Positions 28,688-37,122 of a stretch of DNA of 38,481 nucleotides are shown in pieces. The number at the start of each line of letters is the position of its first letter. The stretch's first letter is position 1. This DNA comes from a virus (taxonomy: Duplodnaviria > Caudoviricetes). Location of the stretch: the IMG/VR virus record IMGVR_UViG_3300010222_000009, positions 1-38,481 of that record. One strand, written 5' to 3'. Both the position numbers and the translations under genes were made by a program. The notes beneath the pieces are model-generated. The model was not told the DNA's origin. It worked only from the letters and a program-made list of their open reading frames with translations, and searched no databases.

Positions 28688-31399
28688 CTACTTAGCGGCG
28701 GCTTTCTCCCATTGATACCATGTAGCTGTTGAGATGCTGAGATGCTCGCAGGCTTTGTTAACGGAGCCGCGGGATTCCTCAACGGATTCGAGGAGGCCGC
28801 CGATTCCGACCCCCGGCTGTCCGTGTAACTTGAGAACCTCTCTCATCCGGTCGGAATCTTTCGGAACCGGCCATGCTCGAACCCCAGCGAGAGCGTTGAG
28901 GCTCCGAACGTCACTGGGCATATCCTCCTCAAGAACCGGCTCTTGAACGCATCGGCAATTAAACGGTTGGTCATCCCCGACCTTGAACGCCTCTCGGGGG
29001 TAATCGCTGGGTTGGTCGGAGTCTGAGACGGATGGAACAATGAACGAATCCTCTTTCGAAACAACCTCGCCATCCATGACCGCATGCCAATCTCGGGTTC
29101 GGGAGTCATCGGTTGCGTTCCAACCTTTGCCAGCAACAAGGTCGGAAGATTCGGCCAACGCTTGACTCCCCGCCGATTGGCTCATTCGCGTTTCGGTTCG
29201 GGCAACGAGGCGGGCATGGTTCGGGATGTTCGTATCGAGAACCTCCCGGAGTTCGGCGGTTGCCTCGGTGACATTGCCCCCATCCTCCGCAACGTTGAGC
29301 AACGTTCTCCGAACCGTCTCCTTGACGGTATCGCCAACGGTGACCATCCGAGCCGCCGCCTCTTGTTCCATCCGTTCGTAAGCGAACGTATCCTCAACAT
29401 CGAACGAGATTTCAACAGCAACCTCCTCCTCATCTTGTTTTTGCGAGAACCGCTTTTCCGCCTCCTCCTCAAGTTTCCCAGCATGATATTCGGCGGCGAT
29501 TTCCATCGCCTCCCGGTTGCGTTGAACGATGATGCTGGCGAGCGAGGAGCCGATGGCCGAACCGATATCCTCAAGGTCGTTCTCGAAATTCGGCATCGTT
29601 CCGAAATCTGTCGGCGGTTCATCCTCGGGGAAATGCTCCTCCGCCAGCGAGAGGAGGTCATCCTCGAACGAATCAATACCCGCCTCAACGTCATCGGCGG
29701 TATCATCAATATGATTGGCCAGCGGCGGGAATTGGAACTCGAAATCCTCGTTGCGGAGCGAATCATCCCGGAGGAGCATCTCCTTGTAATCGAGGCTCTC
29801 CTCCTCGTTCTCCATGGCTCCGCATATCGCCTCCGCCTCCTCCTCGGTCAAGTCAGGGTTGTTCTCAAGGAGCGTATCAACGCATTCATCGAAATCCTCG
29901 AACGGGCCGACCGGCTTACCCTCCGCTCGGAGTATGTCGGCCCGGTTCGGATTTCCCGAATCATCCCCAGCGGAGCGAGAGCCGGAGTAAGCGGAGAGCA
30001 ACCCGCCTCCCGGAGCCGGGGATGGCGGGTTCTCAACATCGGCCCAATTCTCTAAGGCCCAACCGGGATTGTTTCGGGCAACCGAGCGCATGAGTTCGAG
30101 GGGCATATCCCCCCAATCGAGCGGCTCCTCCCCTCTCTCTTGACGGATTTCGTTGACCGTTGCTGTTCCGCTCTCTAAATCCTCTTGTTGCCGCTGGCGT
30201 TCTCGCTCTTTCATCGCCGGGTTATCGATTTGCCATGCAAATTCAAGTTCCCCGTCAACCCGATGATACGGCTCCATGAAAGCGAGAACATGCCGGTTGA
30301 GGTCAGCGGCCATCCGATCAAGAACCGGCTTTGTTGTGGTTCGGAAAACGTTGGCCGCTTGTTCTTTCATCGTTGCCCGATTGATGTTCTCGATATCTCC
30401 GACTTCGCCTTGATTCAACCCGAAAACCATCCAAACGAGTTGATGATACCACTTTTGCGATGCCATGAACTCCAGTTCATCGGGGGTTGGCCGGAACGGT
30501 ATCCATTCGATTTGGGAGCCATCGCCGCCGATTATCGGGAGAACATGCTCTTGACCCTTGACCTCATCTCGCCAATATTGACGAAAGTTCTCAATTTCAT
30601 CTTGATTCGCCTCGATGACATTAACAACGCCATCGGGAACCTCGTTCTTAGCGAAATATGAGAGGTTCGAGGTATCTTGATTGAGGATGATTTCAGCAAT
30701 CCGCTTTGCCTGTTGAACTTGACCGAACCCGTAATGCCGCCATGGAGCCGGGTTCGTTTCCGTCCAAAGGATTTGCTCTCGGGAGAATCCGATGGGTTCG
30801 CCTCGCCGGGAAAGATACGGAGATTGCCCGCCGAACTCCTCCGCCATATCATGCAGGGATTTCGTTGGGTCGAACGGTTGGAACGCCCCCGAGAATTGGA
30901 ATTGCCAATAAGCCGCATCCGGCGGCTCGGGGAGCCGGTCATGATTATCAATGGATTTCGTAAATACGGCCCCATCCCTCGGATACAACTCATCAAGGAA
31001 CCCCCGTTCATCGGGTACTTTCTCGATGACCCCGGAATCAATCGAGACGATATCATGAACCCATTGCTTAGTGAGATGGTCGAACGGTTGCCCGTTGCTG
31101 TTGTAATTCCCCCGGAGGAACTCCTCGACTCCCTCCGCCGCTCGGGTATGCTCAACAGAGGGGTCATCAACCGTTGGCCGGATGACCCAATCGGTCGTTG
31201 AGACTTGCGTTTTGATTGTACCCAGCGGGAGGGAGATGGGATGCGTCTTTTCGAGCATCCGAACAACTCCGAGATCATCCCGGCGGGGAACACCTTTGTC
31301 CGGTTGAAAAAAGAAAGTTTGGCGCTCGCCTCTCGGTTCGGTTCCTTGTGCGTTTATCATCCCGAGTTCTCGCCGCTTACCGGGAGCAAATACGGGCAT
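28688..31399 (-). CDS. Portal protein fused to MuF (SPP1 gp7-like) domain and C-terminal HTH-like segment
   Basis: YGFGQVQ..YFAKNEVPDG..VFGL portal motifs; ARLVARTE..W.AT.D.RTR.WH..DG..FNCRC MuF motif; one 903-aa frame. Confidence 0.88.
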   Translation of the reverse strand: MPVFAPGKRRELGMINAQGTEPRGERQTFFFQPDKGVPRRDDLGVVRMLEKTHPISLPLGTIKTQVSTTDWVIRPTVDDPSVEHTRAAEGVEEFLRGNYNSNGQPFDHLTKQWVHDIVSIDSGVIEKVPDERGFLDELYPRDGAVFTKSIDNHDRLPEPPDAAYWQFQFSGAFQPFDPTKSLHDMAEEFGGQSPYLSRRGEPIGFSREQILWTETNPAPWRHYGFGQVQQAKRIAEIILNQDTSNLSYFAKNEVPDGVVNVIEANQDEIENFRQYWRDEVKGQEHVLPIIGGDGSQIEWIPFRPTPDELEFMASQKWYHQLVWMVFGLNQGEVGDIENINRATMKEQAANVFRTTTKPVLDRMAADLNRHVLAFMEPYHRVDGELEFAWQIDNPAMKERERQRQQEDLESGTATVNEIRQERGEEPLDWGDMPLELMRSVARNNPGWALENWADVENPPSPAPGGGLLSAYSGSRSAGDDSGNPNRADILRAEGKPVGPFEDFDECVDTLLENNPDLTEEEAEAICGAMENEEESLDYKEMLLRDDSLRNEDFEFQFPPLANHIDDTADDVEAGIDSFEDDLLSLAEEHFPEDEPPTDFGTMPNFENDLEDIGSAIGSSLASIIVQRNREAMEIAAEYHAGKLEEEAEKRFSQKQDEEEVAVEISFDVEDTFAYERMEQEAAARMVTVGDTVKETVRRTLLNVAEDGGNVTEATAELREVLDTNIPNHARLVARTETRMSQSAGSQALAESSDLVAGKGWNATDDSRTRDWHAVMDGEVVSKEDSFIVPSVSDSDQPSDYPREAFKVGDDQPFNCRCVQEPVLEEDMPSDVRSLNALAGVRAWPVPKDSDRMREVLKLHGQPGVGIGGLLESVEESRGSVNKACEHLSISTATWYQWEKAAAK

Positions 31400-31401
31400 T
31401 G

Positions 31402-32139
31402 TTATTCATTCGCCTCCTCGTTGCTGTTTGATTCCCTGAGCCATGGTTTTACGTAACTTTCGACAGTCTCCGATTCGAGTTCCTTGAGTTCCTCGATATT
31501 CCGAACGATGAAATGGAGCGCCTCCGGCTCCGATTGATTCATTTGAACGAACGTCTCCTCAATTTCCGTTGCTAACGATGCCCTATCCTCCTCGGTTGCA
31601 TCCTCGGAGAGTATCCATGCGTATGCATGCGAGCGGTCATCCCGGAGTTGGGTGACCTTCTTAATTGGGTCGGGCCACATTTCCCGCTCATCAACGAGGT
31701 CGGAGAGCTCCTCATCGGTGAGATGCTGGCCCAATATCCGCTTTCGAGGATGCTCCCCCTCCCCCTTGAGAGCGGTTTCGATGACCGCTCCGGGAGCAAC
31801 TTGAGAGCATGCCAACTCGACGAGGTCGTTTGTTGAGTAATCATCATCGGCATTGAACCCGACCCCGCCGCCGTTCGCAATCGAGCGGAGAGCCTCCTCG
31901 ATTTCCTCGGTATGGAATCGCTCGATGAGGAACGTTACCCGTTTGTTGCGCTCCTCGGTATACATCGCCGGGTTCTCCGGCTCCGGCGGGAGAGCGAGCG
32001 TTGCGAGGTCAACCCCGAGGCGCTCCGCCGCCCCCTCGATGACCCCGGCCCGACCGAGGTAACGGATGGTTGCGATTGAAACGCTGGCGATGGTTGCGAG
32101 CGATGCGGCGAACCCGATGATGAAAGTTAGGTTGTTCAT
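31402..32139 (-). CDS. Hypothetical protein with N-terminal TM helix
   Basis: 245 aa between TerL and portal. Confidence 0.75.
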   Translation of the reverse strand: MNNLTFIIGFAASLATIASVSIATIRYLGRAGVIEGAAERLGVDLATLALPPEPENPAMYTEERNKRVTFLIERFHTEEIEEALRSIANGGGVGFNADDDYSTNDLVELACSQVAPGAVIETALKGEGEHPRKRILGQHLTDEELSDLVDEREMWPDPIKKVTQLRDDRSHAYAWILSEDATEEDRASLATEIEETFVQMNQSEPEALHFIVRNIEELKELESETVESYVKPWLRESNSNEEANE

Positions 32140-32141
32140 TG

Positions 32142-33587
32142 TTACAACTTGATTGAGCCGAACCCCATCGAGGAGGGAACGTCATCCCCATCCTCAACCG
32201 CCATGATTGCATACCGGAGGCAATCGAGGAGATGGTCATCCGCCGATTTCGCTCCGATATCCTCTTGTTTATATGAAAAGAACTCGTTGACGAGTTCCTC
32301 GCATCGGCCAGCAATCAGCAACTCCGGCGGGAGCGGCTCGCCGTTTTCATCCGAGGGGTTGAGCCAACCCGATACCTTTGGGATACCGGCGTCGAGGCTC
32401 TTGTTCGCCTCAATCGCCTCGAACTCCCGAGGGTCATATTGAGGGGCATCCTCGCTCCCGGAGTTGAGTTCCTCGATATCCTCGGGCATGTGTTCGCATA
32501 CGATGACCCCTCCCGGTTTCGGCCCGAGCCATCGCATTGATTCCGGGAGCGGGGATTTCGTTCTCATGAACTCATCGAGAGCAACGAGCCGATTTCCGCC
32601 GACCGTTCGACCAAGTTCGATGACCGCTCGGGGGTCGGGATGCCATCCATGGTCATACCCGTAAATCCGATACTCGGGGTCAACCGGGACCGTCCGACCA
32701 TCCCAAAGGTCAACGGCAATATGGCGTTCGTTATCCGTTTCATGGATATCGAGCGGTCGAATATGCTCCTCCCGGTTGAGGTCGTAAACCAACCCCTCCG
32801 CCGCCGCAAACCCGCCATGCAACGCTTGTTCCTCAACCGAGGTTTCCGCATATTGCCGCCGCTGGCGCTCCTTGACCGCATCGGAAAGATACGGGTTATT
32901 GAGCATCGATGCCCGTTTTACATGTATCGAAGTTCCGAGTTCCTCGCCGGATTGGTTGACCCTCTCCCGCAAAATCCGGTAAGCCGCATTGTACCCGTTC
33001 CCGGTAAGGCTCCAAAATTGCCCATATTGCGGCTCGAACGAGCGGAGGCGACTCGGAACAACATCGAGCGCAATCTCAAACAGTTTTTCCGAGGGGTGGT
33101 ATTTGCTGGGTTCATCAAGCCATACCGATTGAAACTCATCACCAATGACCGATTGCGGGTGGTCGGCGGAGGCGAGCCGTATAATCGAGTCGTTGGTAAA
33201 TGTCAAGCGATGGTCGTTCCGATTGTAATCAGCAACGATGGGAGATTGTTCCGGGCCGTTGAAGTTGCTCGTTAGAATATGAGTTCGCTGGCCGGGGAGG
33301 TTCTTGAAAAGTTCCTCGAACGTCGTTTCATTCCCCTTTTGAAAATCGATAGCCATCGCCGCATGTTTCGAGCCGGGGGAGGCTTGAGCGAGCGTAATGA
33401 GAAGCCTCGCTCCCGTTGTGGTCTTTCCCGAGCCGAAACCCCCGAGGAAAGCCGTGATGTCGTACTCCCCGCTCATGAACGCATTAAGCGCCTTTCGTTG
33501 AGCCTCCCAAAACTCGAACGAGAGTTGCCCTGTCTCCGGGTTCCATTCCATCCCCTCCGGTTGGCCCGCCGATGCTGTTGCGCTCAT
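32142..33587 (-). CDS. terL: Terminase large subunit
   Basis: GGFGSGKT Walker A, WLDE Walker B, GYDHG and DDHLLDCLRYA RNase H-like nuclease motifs. Confidence 0.93.
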   Translation of the reverse strand: MSATASAGQPEGMEWNPETGQLSFEFWEAQRKALNAFMSGEYDITAFLGGFGSGKTTTGARLLITLAQASPGSKHAAMAIDFQKGNETTFEELFKNLPGQRTHILTSNFNGPEQSPIVADYNRNDHRLTFTNDSIIRLASADHPQSVIGDEFQSVWLDEPSKYHPSEKLFEIALDVVPSRLRSFEPQYGQFWSLTGNGYNAAYRILRERVNQSGEELGTSIHVKRASMLNNPYLSDAVKERQRRQYAETSVEEQALHGGFAAAEGLVYDLNREEHIRPLDIHETDNERHIAVDLWDGRTVPVDPEYRIYGYDHGWHPDPRAVIELGRTVGGNRLVALDEFMRTKSPLPESMRWLGPKPGGVIVCEHMPEDIEELNSGSEDAPQYDPREFEAIEANKSLDAGIPKVSGWLNPSDENGEPLPPELLIAGRCEELVNEFFSYKQEDIGAKSADDHLLDCLRYAIMAVEDGDDVPSSMGFGSIKL

Positions 33588-33769
33588 CGGTCAATGACCT
33601 CCTCAACAGCATCATCGAAATACGAGCGCAACCTTTGAGCAAACGCCGCCGTTCGCTTATCGAGTCCGCCGCATCTCGGGCAATGGATTACGTTGGCCGT
33701 TTCTTTGATCGGAAGAATCCTATTTCCACAACAAGGGCATTCGGTCGGCTCAGGTTGTTGTTGACTCAT
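33584..33769 (-). CDS. Small Zn-finger protein
   Basis: CPCCG..CPRCG; overlaps TerL start. Confidence 0.7.
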   Translation of the reverse strand: MSQQQPEPTECPCCGNRILPIKETANVIHCPRCGGLDKRTAAFAQRLRSYFDDAVEEVIDR

Positions 33770-33944
33770 CGGAACCCTCCTCATCAAACCGCTCGGTTAC
33801 CTCCCGGAGATGGTCGGCGGTCATCGAGCCGATGCGCTCCTCCTCACTCATGGCGTCACCCCCGTTGCGGAGAGGAACATGGCAATGCCGACAACAGCAT
33901 ACGGGAGCAACCCGAGCCGGAGCCATTTGGCGGCCCTCATTCAT
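33750..33944 (-). CDS. Small hypothetical protein (start uncertain)
   Basis: Fills gap with overlaps on both sides; CCCRHCH motif. Confidence 0.4.
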   Translation of the reverse strand: MNEGRQMAPARVAPVCCCRHCHVPLRNGGDAMSEEERIGSMTADHLREVTERFDEEGSDESTTT

Positions 33945-34296
33945 CGGCCCTCCATTCCAAACGGGCAACGATAAACGCTCCGAGGAGTACCATGATGGTA
34001 TCGAGAACGGTATCCTCCGCCGCATAATCCTCGGAGGTCTTACCCCCGAACGGGAACACCCCGAACTCATACTCCGCCAACTCCCAAAGGGCCGATGCCC
34101 CGAGCGCAACGGAGAGATCAAACGGGACCGTTGAATCAGGCCGGGATGCGAAACCGCCAACAGCAACCCCGCCGATGAAATGGGCAACGTTGTCGAACCA
34201 AAAGTATCGGCGGTATGACTTGGCCCGGAAATGCAAGCCGGCGAGGATTGCCCCGGCAATGGCCCCGATGAGGTTTGAGCGGGTAAGGAGGTTCAT
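33937..34296 (-). CDS. Small multi-pass membrane protein, VanZ/DUF2238-like
   Basis: WFDNVAHF..LWELAE..DTVLD motifs within hydrophobic helices. Confidence 0.65.
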   Translation of the reverse strand: MNLLTRSNLIGAIAGAILAGLHFRAKSYRRYFWFDNVAHFIGGVAVGGFASRPDSTVPFDLSVALGASALWELAEYEFGVFPFGGKTSEDYAAEDTVLDTIMVLLGAFIVARLEWRADE

Positions 34297-34724
34297 TCGT
34301 TACCGTCTCCCCCACCGAAATCAACCATTGCCTCGTAAACGAATTGCCCAATCTTCATGACCGGAGCCGCTCCGAACCATTTCAGGGTTGCCAAGACCCA
34401 AACGATGATGGCCCCGTATTGGAGGAACGTTAAGAGCGGCGAGAACGTCTCCCCCGCATCGAGCGTTCCCCCGATTACGGCATCAAAGGAGAGTTGCCCC
34501 GTGAGAATGAGGAACGTTGCGGAGACGGCCCCGAGGAGCAAGAGGATGATCGGGGATGCCATGATAAGGAACGCAAGGAAATCATCCCAATACCCGGAGC
34601 GGTCTTTGAGTTCAACATCCTCCGGCGGCTCGGGGGAGTCGGAGTCGGCATCGGTATGCGGTTGAGCGGTCGGTTTCTCAACGGAGTCGGTTTCGTTGGT
34701 ATCAGAACTCATGATTGCCCTCAT
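34293..34724 (-). CDS. Membrane protein with two TM helices
   Basis: FLAFLIMASPIILLLLGAVSATFLILTG and LLTFLQYGAIIVWVLATLKWFG. Confidence 0.75.
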   Translation of the reverse strand: MRAIMSSDTNETDSVEKPTAQPHTDADSDSPEPPEDVELKDRSGYWDDFLAFLIMASPIILLLLGAVSATFLILTGQLSFDAVIGGTLDAGETFSPLLTFLQYGAIIVWVLATLKWFGAAPVMKIGQFVYEAMVDFGGGDGNE

Positions 34725-34738
34725 TTGTGAGTTTGGAC

Positions 34739-34885
34739 TTACTCATCGGAATCCTCCTCCCCGAGAACTCTCTCAACGTGATTAGCGCAATCCTCGTATA
34801 CGTTCGCCGCCGTTCGATTGCGCTCCTCTCGGTTCTTTTCCGCCAACCGCCGGAAATCCTCAACGACCTCGCTAACTTTCGCCAT
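34739..34885 (-). CDS. Small hypothetical protein
   Basis: MAKVSEVVEDFRR..., GGAGGT upstream. Confidence 0.55.
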   Translation of the reverse strand: MAKVSEVVEDFRRLAEKNREERNRTAANVYEDCANHVERVLGEEDSDE

Positions 34886-35015
34886 CGTTCCGACCTCCAT
34901 GGCGTTCCGGCCCCAGCGGATGACCCCGCGCCTTGATTTCCTCCCAACGCTCAATTACCCTTCCCGCATCGAACTCTCCGGGGGATGGGTCACCGTACCC
35001 GGCCATATCAACCAT
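34872..35015 (-). CDS. Small hypothetical protein
   Basis: MVDMAGYGD..., overlaps TerS end and next gene. Confidence 0.45.
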   Translation of the reverse strand: MVDMAGYGDPSPGEFDAGRVIERWEEIKARGHPLGPERHGGRNDGES

Positions 35016-35673
35016 CGTTTCCCTCCTCATTCTCCGCCTCACTTGATTTCCATTCGACCGAGATGGGAGCGCCTCCCTCCTCGCCCGCGTGCGTATGTGA
35101 CATGTCGCCATCGATGTTGACCGTTCTCCCCTCGGTCAACTCCTCGAACGTCTTTACCAACTTACGGAGTTCCTCAACCCGATGGTTGAACGCCGAATAA
35201 TTGGCATCGAGGAGGTCGGCCAACGATGCGATTTCCTCTTGACCTAAGCCGGTTGCGCTCGCCTCCTCGATAATCTCGTTGTACGCATCCCAAAACGAGC
35301 GGTCATCCGCATCCTCCTCAATGTTCCGAACCGCTCGCCGGAGCCGCATGAACTCATAGTTTATCATCTCTTGAAGGTTCTCGATGTTGCCCCGAGCCTC
35401 GATTGCCTCCATTTCCTCTCGGTCATCCTCCGAGAGATAATCGGAGAACAATCCATGTTTGAACTGCGGGGAATCCTCCCCCCGAGGAGAATTGCCGCCA
35501 TGGAGCCAACATCTGCCCCGACCTTGATGCTCCGTTCGATGGCCCGCTTGTTGCTGGCAATACCCCTCAAATATTCCGTTGGAGGATTTCCGAGCGTTGC
35601 AATATTCATCCGGCTCCCGTTGGGGAACCTCCTCGGTTGGCTTGCCAATAAGCTTCTCCTCGGGTTGTGTCAT
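35008..35673 (-). CDS. Terminase small subunit
   Basis: CNA..C..GRCWLHGG..KHGLFS motif followed by helical region; first gene of late operon. Confidence 0.75.
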   Translation of the reverse strand: MTQPEEKLIGKPTEEVPQREPDEYCNARKSSNGIFEGYCQQQAGHRTEHQGRGRCWLHGGNSPRGEDSPQFKHGLFSDYLSEDDREEMEAIEARGNIENLQEMINYEFMRLRRAVRNIEEDADDRSFWDAYNEIIEEASATGLGQEEIASLADLLDANYSAFNHRVEELRKLVKTFEELTEGRTVNIDGDMSHTHAGEEGGAPISVEWKSSEAENEEGNDG

Positions 35674-35809
35674 GAGGTTGTACTCCGATCCCCCGGCCGT
35701 GTGGGGTTGCTCTTGTACGGAGTACAACGTTGAAACGCAAAATGGTTAGCAGAATTAACAGTTAACGGCGGATGTGGCTGGTAAGCCGATCAACGCAAGT
35801 ATCGAAAGG

Positions 35810-35873
35810 GATGCGGAGCCGGGCGTGAATCGTTCGAGGGATTGGCATGGTCGAACGAACCCGGCTCCGCATC
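35810..35873 (-). ncRNA. Candidate hairpin antisense sRNA targeting the start of the 6649 gene
   Basis: 14-bp plus 8-bp perfect stems; 35831-35849 identical to 6633-6651; CGAA-TTTAAATA promoter-like sequence on minus strand 26 nt upstream. Confidence 0.65.
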
Positions 35874-36250
35874 GGATTTTCGGATGCGCCGTATTTAAAT
35901 TCGCTGGCGTTGTCGGACCGCCGCCTCTATTACACGCGCATGAGCAAGAAACGTCGCTATCTAAAGATTCTGCGGATTAGGTTGCAAGTCACCGCCGCTA
36001 GTGGAATTAAGAACCATGATAGATTGTCGCAAGTCGGACCACTTGCGACAGTAAGGAAACCTCTCCGATAACCCTCTGTGTTGCGGTTAGTCGGCTTTAT
36101 TTCACCGAGCCGGTGCAAGTCATAGAACTCCCTATTTATGAAATCTGTAGATGGAGACGTTTCTGCTACACGCGCGTACAATAGAGATAGGAATAACTAA
36201 CAGGGGAGGCTCCGGATGACCTCCGGTGGGGGCCAAATCACGCTATCAAT

Positions 36251-36475
36251 TTAGTTGTCGTTTTCTCCAAGGAGCTCACTCAGTTCCTCCTCATCGAGCG
36301 ACTCAAGCATTTTTTGCACTTGAGGATCGTTGTCGAATTCGGATTCGAGGACCTCCCGAATAAGCTCACTCATGTTTTTTCCGGAGACGGCCGCTTTAAG
36401 ACGAATTTTCCGCTTGAGGTCGGTCGGAACCTTGGCTCCGATGGGCTCTGTTGTGCTCATTTCGTCTGAGTTCAC
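36251..36475 (-). CDS. Ribbon-helix-helix transcription regulator
   Basis: IGAKVPTDLKRKIRLKAAVSGKNMSELIREVL; true start possibly MSTTEP. Confidence 0.85.
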   Translation of the reverse strand: MNSDEMSTTEPIGAKVPTDLKRKIRLKAAVSGKNMSELIREVLESEFDNDPQVQKMLESLDEEELSELLGENDN

Positions 36476-36711
36476 CGTAGTAACAGTTAACGGGTTAACG
36501 GTTATAAGAGTGTGGGTCTATCCCGTATTATCGGAATGCCGTCATTTAGTTTCACTTTCACCGTACACGCGGTTTTTTGAAATGGGTATTTTTGGTAATC
36601 AACCGGAGTCAAGCAAGCAAATTTGAAAATTGGGTATCAATGTGCGTTAACCGTATTACCGTTAACTATTTACTAATCGCACCCTTCACAGTTGACTCGT
36701 GGAAGTAGCCT

Positions 36712-36930
36712 ATGGATAACGGAAATAAGCGGAATGAAAAGGTAACGGTCGGGACGAAAGTTAGCGAGCGGAAAAAGAAAAAGTTGGAGCAGGAGGCCAT
36801 CGAGCGGTCGGAACCCGGCAACCGTGTTACTGTGGGCCAAATCCTTCGGGAGCTAATCGATGAGCATGTTGACCTCGATGGATTCGAACCGCCATCCGAG
36901 GATGATGGCTCGGCGGAAATGGAGGCATGA
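36712..36930 (+). CDS. Ribbon-helix-helix regulator, divergent
   Basis: VTVGTKVSERKKKKLEQEA..TVGQILRELIDEH. Confidence 0.8.
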   Translation: MDNGNKRNEKVTVGTKVSERKKKKLEQEAIERSEPGNRVTVGQILRELIDEHVDLDGFEPPSEDDGSAEMEA

Positions 36931-37106
36931 CCATGAGCGAGGCATCGAACTCGAACGGGTCGGCGGTCGGCGGAGCCGATCAACGAACAGACCCGGAGGA
37001 GGAACTACAAGAAAACAAGGACCGGCTCAAACGGCTCGCAGAATCTGACCTCCCTGTTGCGGAGGATGCTGAAAGAGCCTTAGAACGACTCAATTCGGCG
37101 GAGTAA
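36927..37106 (+). CDS. 59-aa protein next to integrase (missing from ORF track)
   Basis: MTMSEASNS..RLKRLAESDLPVAEDAERALERLNSAE; ATGA overlap with RHH gene. Confidence 0.65.
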   Translation: MTMSEASNSNGSAVGGADQRTDPEEELQENKDRLKRLAESDLPVAEDAERALERLNSAE

Positions 37107-37122
37107 CGGGGGAGACGATATG

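Noticed and set aside
35700-35710. TGTGGGGTTG resembling part of a haloarchaeal CRISPR repeat
   Set aside because: Single short match, no repeat-spacer periodicity; no CRISPR array found in the window
36103-36116. CACCGAGCCGGTGC resembles the Cas9 tracrRNA terminal hairpin
   Set aside because: Short GC hairpin, no cas or TnpB/IscB gene present; likely coincidence
35940-36181. Short ORFs on both strands in the control region (MSKKRRYL..., MYARVAET...)
   Set aside because: Basic, atypical composition for this proteome and overlapping hairpins; not supported as CDS
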